Source: Gemmatimonadota bacterium (lineage in GTDB: Bacteria > Gemmatimonadota > Gemmatimonadetes > Gemmatimonadales > GWC2-71-9). From it: a DNA stretch of 64,000 nucleotides. The notes under the pieces are model-generated. The model worked only from the letters and a program-made list of their open reading frames with translations. It made no database searches and was not told the DNA's origin. Both the position numbers and the translations under genes were made by a program. Each line of letters starts with the position of its first letter. Position 1 is the stretch's first letter. The DNA lies in the NCBI GenBank assembly GCA_039933845.1, contig JBDTNH010000002.1:1411-65410 (forward strand), given 5' to 3'. Of the stretch, positions 17,229 through 27,101 are shown in pieces.

Positions 17229-17375
17229 GAACCCTCCAGCCGCGGCGGTCACGCCGCGGGATCTCCGCGCCCCCATGAACCCTCCAGCCGCGGCGGTCAC
17301 GCCGCGGGATCTCCGCGTGTTCATCAATCGCCGTGATCTCCGTTGAGATCCCGCGGCCGGATGGCCGCGGCTGGA
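17229..17375. repeat. palindromic repeat family B (2 direct + 1 inverted copy)
   Basis: GAACCCTCCAGCCGCGGCGGTCACGCCGCGGGATCTCCGCG at 17229..17269 and again, identical, at 17277..17317. An inverted variant GAGATCCCGCGGCCGGATGGCCGCGGCTGGA is at 17345..17375. Each copy contains a CCGCGGC/GCCGCGG stem. Confidence 0.75.
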
Positions 17376-17388
17376 ATGACGACGATCC

Positions 17389-18810
17389 CTATTTCCTTTT
17401 CGCCGGCATGTTCCTGCCGCCCTGATGCAGCACGAGCCCGGTCACGGCGCCGCCGCTGTCAGAGCCGAATGAGAGCTGGGCATCCACCACCTTGTAGAAG
17501 AACTCGCCGACCGCTTCGGCGAATACCGGGTAGCTGGGCTGTCCGGTGATCTGCGCCATCAACTGACTCCCGTCGCGCGTGATCGTGATCGTCACACCCG
17601 GCTGAAGCTCGTACATACCGAGATACCGATCCAGCGCTTCCCCCGGCAGGGTGATCGCCGTCCGGAAGGTCGGGATCGGCACCGCGGCGTCGAGCAGGTG
17701 GACCCCGATCTCATCGACACTCTGGGAGGTATTGGTGAGCACCACGACGCCGAGCCCGCTGGCCTCGTCGTACCCAGTGAAGGAGCGATAGCCGCCGGTG
17801 CCGCCGTTGTGCCATACCACCGTGCGTCCCGACGGCGTGTGGATGCGATTCCATGCCAAGCCGATCTGCATCGCGGGTGAGCCCGCGTCATTCCGCCCCG
17901 CGTGGGTGAGCGCGAGCACGGGACCAAGCGGTGGCAGGGTCGAATCGGCGTTCGCGGCTATGTACGTGAGCATGTCGTTGATATCCGAACGCAGCGCGCC
18001 CGCACCGGCCAAAGCGGCGAAGTCCCAGTTGGCAATTGGACCGCCGTCGGCATCGTGCCCCGGCGCCAGGCGCTCCCGCATGCCGGGCCTCAGCGTGGCA
18101 GCGGTTTCGTGCATCCCAAGTGGTTGCAGGATCCGGGTCGTGACCAGTTCCTCGTAGCTCATGCCCGCCTTGTGGGCGAGTGCCAACCCCAGCAGCCCGA
18201 AGCCGAGATTGGAATACTCGTACTGCGCGCCGATGGCGCGGGGCAGGGTGTACGAGGCAAGAAAGCTGCGGAGGTTGTCCGCGGTGTAATCGGCGTAGGG
18301 GTTGGTCGAGTCCTTCGGTGCCAGGTTGCTCGGCAGGCGCGGCAACCCGGAGCGTTGCGTGGCCAGATCGAGCAGGGTGATCTGGCGGTCGCCTTGGCGC
18401 GGCACCGTAAAACTTTCGGGCAGGTACCGCGCGACCGGGTCATCGAGCGCGACCTCACCCTTGGCGACCATGTCGGCGAGTATGGCCGCGGTGAACGTCT
18501 TGGTGATCGAGCCGATCTCGAATTCGGTGCTGCCATCGAACGGCGTGACGCCGGCCTTGGGTCCGTACGCGACGATTTGCCGAGTCCCGTCTCGGGTGAC
18601 CAGGCCGACCGCGATGCCGCTGAAGTGTCCGGCATCCACCAGCGGCACGATGATCGATCGGATCGCCGCGTCGTTCGGCGGCGTCTGGGCCACGAGTGCG
18701 GGGCACGGGATCAGGGCGATCGTTGCGGCGGCGATCAGTCGGGCAGGTGCAACCATCGGTGACAACTCCGGTCGAATGCGATAGGACAATGACACGGGGA
18801 AGATACCCAT
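17389..18810 (-). CDS. serine hydrolase (class C beta-lactamase/PBP-like) with C-terminal extra domain
   Basis: SxxK motif GSITKTF, YSN-type motif (YEYSNLGF) and signal peptide. The alternative start MVAPARL is at 18756. Confidence 0.85.
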   Translation of the reverse strand: MGIFPVSLSYRIRPELSPMVAPARLIAAATIALIPCPALVAQTPPNDAAIRSIIVPLVDAGHFSGIAVGLVTRDGTRQIVAYGPKAGVTPFDGSTEFEIGSITKTFTAAILADMVAKGEVALDDPVARYLPESFTVPRQGDRQITLLDLATQRSGLPRLPSNLAPKDSTNPYADYTADNLRSFLASYTLPRAIGAQYEYSNLGFGLLGLALAHKAGMSYEELVTTRILQPLGMHETAATLRPGMRERLAPGHDADGGPIANWDFAALAGAGALRSDINDMLTYIAANADSTLPPLGPVLALTHAGRNDAGSPAMQIGLAWNRIHTPSGRTVVWHNGGTGGYRSFTGYDEASGLGVVVLTNTSQSVDEIGVHLLDAAVPIPTFRTAITLPGEALDRYLGMYELQPGVTITITRDGSQLMAQITGQPSYPVFAEAVGEFFYKVVDAQLSFGSDSGGAVTGLVLHQGGRNMPAKRK

Positions 18811-18813
18811 CGA

Positions 18814-19266
18814 TCAGCCGCCGAATTGCCGCAAATGGTGATCGACATGCTTGTACATGATGGTCGCCCACTCTACGGGAGTGAGCTTCCCGAAGAAGGC
18901 GTGCGGATGGGTCGTGCAGCCGCCGGGTCCGGCCGCGGCGAAGCGATCGATGAGCGCGCGCAGGCGATCGCGTTCGAACGTGAACTCGTGTTCATCGGCC
19001 ACCACCATGGACGGAACCGTCGGGGTGTTCCTTCGGAACGGCGAGTCATCGCCGAGCGCGAGGCGCTTGATCAGGCCACCGAAGAGGCGACCCATCATCA
19101 TGCGTGGCGGGTTCGTGACGCCCAGTGCCACATCGAATCCGAGCGAGCAGTGGGCAAGCGCCTGCGGCAGGGTCATCGTCCCCCACTCCCGCGTCTGCTC
19201 CGCGGTCATCCTCGCGAGACGGTCCTGCAGCTCGGACACTCGAGCGGAGTCGTACAGATGTTTCAT
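18814..19266 (-). CDS. DUF1569 (DinB-superfamily) protein
   Basis: MKHLYDSARVSELQDRL...HPHAFFGKLTPVEWATIMYKHVDHHLRQFGG matches the DUF1569 C-terminal signature. The start was chosen at the internal ATG 19266. Confidence 0.7.
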   Translation of the reverse strand: MKHLYDSARVSELQDRLARMTAEQTREWGTMTLPQALAHCSLGFDVALGVTNPPRMMMGRLFGGLIKRLALGDDSPFRRNTPTVPSMVVADEHEFTFERDRLRALIDRFAAAGPGGCTTHPHAFFGKLTPVEWATIMYKHVDHHLRQFGG

Positions 19267-19292
19267 GGTGTGCTCCAGGGAGGGCGGCGCTG

Positions 19293-19646
19293 CTAGTTGT
19301 CGGTCCACACCGCGAGCTCGTTGCTGCTCGGATCGGTGAAGTGGAGCCGCCGGCCACCGGGGAAGGCGAATGGCTCGCGGGTCACCGTGCCGCCCGACTT
19401 CCGGATTGCGGCGTCAATGGCCTCCAGGTCGGTGGCGTAGATCACCACCAGCGGTCCGCCTGGGCTGAATGTGGCGTCTCGATCGAAGCCTCCGTTCAGG
19501 CGCCCATCGGAGAAGCTGGTGTAGGTCGGGCCGTAATCGGTGAACTGCCAGCCGAAGACGCCGGTGTAAAACGCCTTGATGGCGTCGAGGTCAGTCGCAG
19601 CGAACTCGACGTAGTCGACGCGGCGATCGTGGTCGGATTGTGGCAC
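19293..19646 (-). CDS. VOC family (glyoxalase/bleomycin-resistance fold) protein
   Basis: VDYVEFAATDLDAIKAFYTGVFGWQFTDYGP... GTG at 19646 has GGAG 7 nt upstream. The longer ORF version would overlap the neighbouring gene. Confidence 0.75.
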   Translation of the reverse strand: MPQSDHDRRVDYVEFAATDLDAIKAFYTGVFGWQFTDYGPTYTSFSDGRLNGGFDRDATFSPGGPLVVIYATDLEAIDAAIRKSGGTVTREPFAFPGGRRLHFTDPSSNELAVWTDN

Positions 19647-19662
19647 GGTGGTGCTCCGTGGT

Positions 19663-20382
19663 TCAAGGCGTTGGTACAGGACTGCACGCTGCCAGCACAC
19701 CGTCGATCACTGCACGGACTCGCGAGTCGTTCATCATGAATGTATGTCGGACGGGCAACTCGGTGACGGGTTGGTCGGCGGCCTGGCGCGTCTCGTCGAC
19801 GGCCACGATGCTGTCGTTCGGGTCCTGGCCGAACGGACTCCATCGTCCGACCGGTCCGCCGGTACCGGCAATGATCGTGTGCGGAAGAGTGAGAGGTGGC
19901 AGTGCGGCGAGGAACGCGGGGTCGGCGAGCCGCTGACCGGCGTCGCCGTTGATGATGCGGTAGAGCCAATTGCGATGGAGTCGGCGTGCCAGCCGCGGTG
20001 GCTGGTTGGGCGGCCCGAGCATGACAAGGTGCTGTGGCAGGGTAGTGAGTCGCGGCTCGAGCGTGAGGGCCGCGCGGACGAGGACGCCACCGAGCGAGTG
20101 ACCGATCACGACGAGGGGCTGTGTCGCCCGCCCGAGTTCGTCCAGGTGGGTGTGCAGGCGTCGGACGATCTGGTCGACCGGTTGTGTCGTGGCGAAGTAG
20201 CCGAAGCTGTGTGTTTCGTGGCCGCTCCCTCGAAGGTGTCGGGCGAGCGACGCGAGTGAGCGCGGTGTGCGACCGAGTCCGTGGATCAGGAGGATGCGCG
20301 CCGAGCCGCGGCTGTCAGCCGAGCTGCCGCCGTCAGCCGAGCCGCGGCTGTCAAGCCGCGGTTTGATCCGCACCACACCCAT
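19663..20382 (-). CDS. alpha/beta hydrolase
   Basis: ILLIHGLG oxyanion region and GHSLGG nucleophile elbow. The N-terminus contains a hexapeptide repeat encoded by 18-bp tandem repeats. Confidence 0.75.
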   Translation of the reverse strand: MGVVRIKPRLDSRGSADGGSSADSRGSARILLIHGLGRTPRSLASLARHLRGSGHETHSFGYFATTQPVDQIVRRLHTHLDELGRATQPLVVIGHSLGGVLVRAALTLEPRLTTLPQHLVMLGPPNQPPRLARRLHRNWLYRIINGDAGQRLADPAFLAALPPLTLPHTIIAGTGGPVGRWSPFGQDPNDSIVAVDETRQAADQPVTELPVRHTFMMNDSRVRAVIDGVLAACSPVPTP

Positions 20383-20391
20383 CCCTTTGAC

Positions 20392-22053
20392 CTACCCCTC
20401 CACTCGGCTGCTCGTCACGTAGTACTGCCGCGCGACCGTCAGCTCGGCCCCGGCGGCACTCACCATCGGCATCGACTGCCACTGCTCGGTCGGCGCGATG
20501 CGCGTCGGGCTGCCGCTCCCAACCGTCACATCGACCGGCATGTTGAACCCGGGAATCGCATTGGTCCAGCGATAGGACAGCGTCCCGCCAACGATCTTGT
20601 ACTCGAGGTTCGGGATCTTGATCGTCTCCTGATACTGCACGAAGATCTTGCTCAGATCGACGCCGGTCGACGTGCTCATGTGGTCGCGGATCTGCTTCGC
20701 GGTGACCGTCTGGTGCCAGAACGTCTGGTTGAGCCCCCGAAGCGTGGCGAGCCAGGTCGTGTCGTTGGCGACGACGGCGCGCATGGTCATCAACATGTTG
20801 GCACCCTTGGGGTAGCGGTCCTGCGAGCGCGGCACATCCTGCACGCCATAGGTGCCGATGATCGGTGTGTCGTTCTTGATCATGCTGCTGCGGAGACCGG
20901 CCACATACGTATCCGCCGCGTCCTTCCCCTTTGTGCATTCCAGATAGAGCGCCTCCGCGTACATGCCGAAGCTTTCGTGGATCCACATGTCGGCGTGGTC
21001 CTTGGCGCTGATGTTGTTGCCGAACCACTCGTGCGCGCTCTCATGCACCACGATGTAGTCCCAGCCCAGCCCCTCACCTGTCTTCGAGAGATCGCGACCG
21101 AGGTAGCCGGGGAGATACTGGTTGCCATAGGCGATGCCGCTCTGGTGTTCCATGCCGAGGTAGGGGACCTCGATCAGCTTGTAGCCGTCCTCGTACCAGG
21201 GGTAGGGACCGAACCAGTGCTCGAAGCAGGCGAGCATCGTCTTGATCTCGGGGACGAGCGCCTCAGCCTTGGCGCGGTGCGAAGCCAGTGCCCAGAACTC
21301 GATCGTCAGGGGCCCCCGGGCGCCCAGGTAGCTGGCGCGGACCGGGATGTAGTTGGGGCTCGCGTTGATGGCGACGTTGTAGCTGTTGATCGGATTGGCG
21401 ACGAACCACTCGAAGGTCGTGGTGCCGTCGGCGTTGTGGGTCGTCGAGCGCAGGCGGCCGTTGGACACGTCCACCAGCGGGTCGGGCAGGGTGATGGCGA
21501 TCCGTTGGCTGTCGGGCTCGTCGGCGGAGAAATCCTTGAGTGGCCACCAGGTGCTGGCACCCGGCCCCTCGTTGGCCGATGCGAACCACGGGGCGCCGCT
21601 GCTATCGGTCGACCAGGTGAATGGGCCGGACCGGCGCCCAGGTGTTCCACTCCCCTCCCCGAATGTGCCGTGGTAGTAGACGGTGACGGTCTGGCGGGAG
21701 CCGAGCGGCTGCGGTGCCGCGAGGGTCACGAAGTAGGCGTTGCCATCGCGGCGATACGGCACGCGTTGGCCACTCTGCACCATGCTGTCGACGGCGAGTG
21801 GGGGTTGCAGGTCGATCTGCATCGGTGCGGCCGACGCAAGCACCGTGTAGGTGATGCCGTTGTGTCCGATGACACTGCCGTCGGTCGGGTTGACCCTGGC
21901 GTGCAGGTCATAGAAGGTGGCGTCCCACCATGCTCGGCCGGGGCCGTTCGATCCGCGCAGGGTATCGGCGTGGCCGAACACGCGCGGTGTCTGGGCGGCG
22001 GCAGTGGCGAGTGGGGCGGCGGCGAACGCGGCACCGAGTATCAGGAAGCGCAC
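20392..22053 (-). CDS. M1 family metallopeptidase (aminopeptidase N-like), secreted
   Basis: HESAHEWFGN (HExxH) plus a downstream WIHESF Glu. Signal peptide VRFLILGAAFAAAPLATAAAQ, starting from GTG 22053 with GGAG 7 nt upstream. Confidence 0.85.
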   Translation of the reverse strand: MRFLILGAAFAAAPLATAAAQTPRVFGHADTLRGSNGPGRAWWDATFYDLHARVNPTDGSVIGHNGITYTVLASAAPMQIDLQPPLAVDSMVQSGQRVPYRRDGNAYFVTLAAPQPLGSRQTVTVYYHGTFGEGSGTPGRRSGPFTWSTDSSGAPWFASANEGPGASTWWPLKDFSADEPDSQRIAITLPDPLVDVSNGRLRSTTHNADGTTTFEWFVANPINSYNVAINASPNYIPVRASYLGARGPLTIEFWALASHRAKAEALVPEIKTMLACFEHWFGPYPWYEDGYKLIEVPYLGMEHQSGIAYGNQYLPGYLGRDLSKTGEGLGWDYIVVHESAHEWFGNNISAKDHADMWIHESFGMYAEALYLECTKGKDAADTYVAGLRSSMIKNDTPIIGTYGVQDVPRSQDRYPKGANMLMTMRAVVANDTTWLATLRGLNQTFWHQTVTAKQIRDHMSTSTGVDLSKIFVQYQETIKIPNLEYKIVGGTLSYRWTNAIPGFNMPVDVTVGSGSPTRIAPTEQWQSMPMVSAAGAELTVARQYYVTSSRVEG

Positions 22054-22238
22054 CGGAGTGCTCCGAGTTGAGTGGAGTGAGGTGCAGGGAAGGATAATCC
22101 TTGGGCGCGACTGTCGGTCATGCCGAGCCGCCGGTTTAGCGACGAGCAGGTCGGGATGACGGGTCATTTGCTGGACTGGAAAATCGGCGCTACTCTCTCC
22201 GCCTCCCCGATGCCGACCTTCCCACCTGGAGCTCCTCG

Positions 22239-22802
22239 ATGACCCCGCTCGCCTCACTCTGGCTCCCGATCGTGCTGACCACCGTCTTCATCTTCCTTGC
22301 CAGTTCCATCATCCATATGGTGATGCCATGGCATAAGTCCGACTTCGCCAAGGTGCCCGACGAGGATGCCTTCAGGCGCGCGGTTGGCCCGCTGCACATC
22401 GCGCCGGGTGACTACATGACGCCGTACTGCACCTCTGGGAAGGACATGGCATCAGCGGAGTTCAAGACGAAGATCGCCGAGGGACCCGTGCTGTTCATGA
22501 CGGTACGGGCCAATGCGCAGCCGAGCATGGCGCCGATGTTCCTTGGCTGGACGCTTGCCATCCTGGCGGTGACAGCGATCGTGGCATGCTTGGCGGCCAC
22601 GGCACTGCCGGTTGGCACCGAGCATGGCGTTGTGTGGCATTTCACCGGACCGGCCGCCTTCCTCGCGTACGGATTCGCCAACTGGCCGGCGTCGATCTGG
22701 TATGGGCGTAAGTGGTCGACGGCCGTCAAGGGCACGCTCGACGCCTTGATCTATGCCGCGATCACCGCGCTGACGTTTGGGTATATGTGGCCGGGCGTGT
22801 GA
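22239..22802 (+). CDS. hypothetical integral membrane protein
   Basis: 187 aa with about 4 hydrophobic helices. GGAG lies 7 nt upstream of the ATG. No family recognised. Confidence 0.6.
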   Translation: MTPLASLWLPIVLTTVFIFLASSIIHMVMPWHKSDFAKVPDEDAFRRAVGPLHIAPGDYMTPYCTSGKDMASAEFKTKIAEGPVLFMTVRANAQPSMAPMFLGWTLAILAVTAIVACLAATALPVGTEHGVVWHFTGPAAFLAYGFANWPASIWYGRKWSTAVKGTLDALIYAAITALTFGYMWPGV

Positions 22803-22810
22803 AGAAGCTC

Positions 22811-22898
22811 TTAGGGGCGACCGTGAGGTCGCCCGGCACGGCGGACGAATGCCCGCGGTTCATTGGTCGCGCCGGGCGACCTCACGGTCGCCCCTAAA
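22811..22898. repeat. REPIN (inverted REP doublet, family A)
   Basis: TTAGGGGCGACCGTGAGGTCGCCCGGC (22811..22837) and its exact reverse complement (22871..22897), separated by 33 nt. Lies between convergent genes. Confidence 0.85.
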
Positions 22899-22918
22899 TT
22901 TGGTCGTGCTTCACGCAG

Positions 22919-24595
<1,677 letters not shown>

Positions 24596-24612
24596 GGGGG
24601 CTCAAGATAACG

Positions 24613-24757
24613 AGGCGCCCGTTGGCGCCCCCTTAGGCGCCCGTGTCAACGGGCGCTCTGGATGTATGCCCGACCATTTAGGCGCCCGTGTCAACGGGCG
24701 CTTCGGATGCCGTGCCACAGATCCAGAGCGCCAGCTGACGCAGGCGCCTAAATGAAC
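24613..24757. repeat. REP cluster, stem variant (family A2)
   Basis: TTAGGCGCCCGTGTCAACGGGCGCT at 24633..24657. TTTAGGCGCCCGTGTCAACGGGCGCT at 24677..24702. A degenerate inverted copy ending CCTAAATGAAC at 24725..24757. A GGCGCC-CGTT-GGCGCC hairpin at 24614..24629. Confidence 0.7.
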
Positions 24758-24780
24758 CTTGACATCTCCCCGCCGCGGCG

Positions 24781-24902
24781 CCATCGTTGAACCACAATCG
24801 ATGGAGTCCGTGGTCATTTGCCGCTGCTTGCAACCACGTTAAATAAATGCTAAAAACTGCGTATTTCGCCTGGCGGCCTTCATGTGCCGCTGGGCGTTTT
24901 GT
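24781..24902 (+). promoter_or_regulatory. structured 5' leader with intrinsic terminator upstream of metX-metB (candidate riboswitch/attenuator)
   Basis: Hairpin CCATCG..CGATGG (24781..24804). Stem GUGGU/ACCAC (24810..24837) whose loop CAUUU can pair with AAAUG in the A-rich tail AAAUAAAUGCUAAAAA. Then a 10-bp hairpin GCCUGGCGGC/GCCGCUGGGC (24868..24895) followed by GUUUUG, about 50 nt before the metX ATG. Confidence 0.4.
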
Positions 24903-24952
24903 CGTATCCGCTCGGCAGCCGTGGAGCATCATCCACACGCCGGAGGCGACCA

Positions 24953-25864
24953 ATGCCCGTCACGACTGCCGCACCACCCACGACATCCTGTACCTGGGAA
25001 CTCACCGGCCCACACCGCGCGCCACTGGTCGTGGCGCTCGGCGGGATCTCCGCCCATCGTCACGTGTGCCAGACGGAGAGCAACGCACAACCCGGTTGGT
25101 GGGACGGGCTGGTCGGTGCCGGCCTCGCACTGGATACGCGCCGGTTCCGAGTGCTTGGAATCGACTGGCACACCGGCGCTGAGACGGTCACGACCGGCGA
25201 TCAGGCCGACCAGCTCGCCGCGGTGCTCGACGAGCTTGGCGTCACTGCCGTCCACTCAATCGTCGGCGCTTCGTACGGCGGGATGGTGGCGCTCGCCTTC
25301 GCCGCACGCTACCCAGACCGGGTCGGTCGACTCACCGTCGTCGCCGCGGCCCACCAGACCCATCCGATGGCGACCGCGCACCGCGTCATCCAGCGACGGA
25401 TCATCCGGCTTGGGCTCGCCGCGGGTCTCCCCACCGAAGGAGTGGCCCTCGCCCGCGCGCTCGGCATGACAACCTATCGGACCGCCGAAGAGTTCGCTGC
25501 GAGATTCGAACCGACACGTGATTATGCGTCGGGTGCGTTCCCAATTGAGGGATACCTCGACCATGGCAGCCGTCGATTCGCGTCGACATGGGATCCGGAT
25601 CGCTACCTCACGCTCTCGGAGTCACTCGACCTGCACCGCGTCGATCCAGCAGCGATCACCGTTCCGCTCAACCTGCTCGGCTTCCACGAGGACACTCTGG
25701 TCCCAGTCTGGCAACTGGAGGAGCTGGCCGCGAAGTACGGTGGTCCGTGTCGACTCGAACTCGCGTCATCGATCTACGGGCATGACGGCTTCCTCAAGGA
25801 GGTCGCGGTGGTCGGTCGGTTCATTGGCCAGTCACTCGGAAGCGAGGTGCGTCATGCCGCGTAG
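24953..25864 (+). CDS. metX: homoserine O-acyltransferase (MetX family, short form)
   Basis: ATG at 24953 preceded by GGAGG. Contains GISAHRH, WWDGLVG, GASYGGMVALAFAARYP (nucleophile elbow) and a C-terminal HDGFL. Acyl donor (acetyl or succinyl) cannot be judged by eye. Confidence 0.8.
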   Translation: MPVTTAAPPTTSCTWELTGPHRAPLVVALGGISAHRHVCQTESNAQPGWWDGLVGAGLALDTRRFRVLGIDWHTGAETVTTGDQADQLAAVLDELGVTAVHSIVGASYGGMVALAFAARYPDRVGRLTVVAAAHQTHPMATAHRVIQRRIIRLGLAAGLPTEGVALARALGMTTYRTAEEFAARFEPTRDYASGAFPIEGYLDHGSRRFASTWDPDRYLTLSESLDLHRVDPAAITVPLNLLGFHEDTLVPVWQLEELAAKYGGPCRLELASSIYGHDGFLKEVAVVGRFIGQSLGSEVRHAA

Positions 25865-27101
25865 ACACCCTGTGACCGCCGCGGTTCGCGCCGGGATCTG
25901 CTCCGACCATGAACACGGCGCGGTGGTGCCACCGATCCATCTCTCGTCGACTTTCACGTTCGAGGGGTTCGGCATCAAGCGGCAATACGACTACACCCGC
26001 TCGGGCAATCCCACGCGCGATCAGCTGGGTGCCGCGATCGCGGAGCTTGAGGGTGCGAGCGGCGGTGTCATCACGAGTAGCGGTATGTCCGCGATCACCA
26101 CCGTGTTACAGCTGGTTCGTCCCGGTGACCTGATCCTTGCCACCCACGACTGCTATGGCGGGACCCATCGCCTGTTGACCCATCTCAGTCGGCGCGGATT
26201 GTTCGATGTGGAGTTCCGGGATCTTGGAAAGTGGGTTGAGGACGGGAACGTCGGAACGAGCGAGCGTCGGCCGCGGTTGGTCTGGATCGAGACACCCAGT
26301 AACCCGTTGCTCCGGATCACTGACATCGCCGCCGTCGCGGACAAGGCACATGCGCTCGGCGCGCTGGTGGTGGCCGACAACACCTTCCTCTCGCCGGCAT
26401 GGCAGCGGCCGCTCGATTACGGCGCCGACATTGTGGTGCACTCGACCACCAAATACCTCAACGGCCACAGCGACGTGGTTGGCGGCGCGGTCGTCGCGCG
26501 CGACGCCTCTCTCGTCGAGGAGCTCGGTTGGTGGGCGAACTGTCTCGGTGTGACCGGTGCACCGTTCGACAGTTACTTGACGCTGCGTGGCATTCGCACG
26601 CTGCACGCACGTGCGCGCATCCACGAAGAGAACGCCGTCGAGGTGGTCGCGGCACTCGGTGCGCATCCCGCGGTCGAGCGCGTCTGGTATCCGGGGCTCC
26701 GGAGCCATCCGGGCCACGAGATCGCGGTGCGGCAGCAACTTGGGTTCGGAGCGATGGTCTCGTTCGAGCTCCGGGGCGGGGAACGTGCTGTCCGGCAGTT
26801 CCTTGATGGCCTCAACTGTTTCACGCTGGCCGAATCGTTGGGTGGTGTTGAATCGTTGGTGGCGCATCCGGCCACCATGACCCACGCGGCCATGGACGCC
26901 GAGGCGCGGGCGTTCGCCGGCATCAGGGACACGGTGCTGCGGTTGTCGGTCGGGATTGAATCGGCCGAGGACCTGGTAGCGGATATCGAGGCGGGGTTGG
27001 GACGGGTGGATTGCTTAGGGGCGACCGTTTTAGGGGCGACGGTCACGTCGCCCGGCGCGACCAATGAACCGCTGCCGTCCATCTGCAATCCCGCATTTTA
27101 A
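25854..27101 (+). CDS. metB: cystathionine gamma-synthase-like PLP enzyme (Cys/Met metabolism family) with REP-encoded C-terminal tail
   Basis: MPRRHPVTAAVRAGI...HSTTKYLNGHSDVVGG (PLP-Lys). 11-nt overlap with metX. The last ~29 codons (from ~27013) are read straight through REP units. Confidence 0.85.
   Translation: MPRRHPVTAAVRAGICSDHEHGAVVPPIHLSSTFTFEGFGIKRQYDYTRSGNPTRDQLGAAIAELEGASGGVITSSGMSAITTVLQLVRPGDLILATHDCYGGTHRLLTHLSRRGLFDVEFRDLGKWVEDGNVGTSERRPRLVWIETPSNPLLRITDIAAVADKAHALGALVVADNTFLSPAWQRPLDYGADIVVHSTTKYLNGHSDVVGGAVVARDASLVEELGWWANCLGVTGAPFDSYLTLRGIRTLHARARIHEENAVEVVAALGAHPAVERVWYPGLRSHPGHEIAVRQQLGFGAMVSFELRGGERAVRQFLDGLNCFTLAESLGGVESLVAHPATMTHAAMDAEARAFAGIRDTVLRLSVGIESAEDLVADIEAGLGRVDCLGATVLGATVTSPGATNEPLPSICNPAF

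Noticed and set aside
20281-22071. 596-aa plus-strand ORF antisense to the M1 peptidase
   Set aside because: Shadow ORF. The minus-strand product has HExxH and a signal peptide, while this ORF has no motifs.
24759-24764. Perfect TTGACA -35 hexamer upstream of the metX leader
   Set aside because: No acceptable -10 hexamer lies 16-19 nt downstream (CATCGT/ATCGTT). It may still be used, but I cannot support a promoter call from sequence alone.
24810-24860. SAM-I (S-box) or SAM-IV riboswitch in the metX leader
   Set aside because: The four-way junction core and the conserved segments of SAM-I/IV are not visible. Only a small pseudoknot-type element is present, so it is reported as an unclassified SAM-II/V-like candidate.
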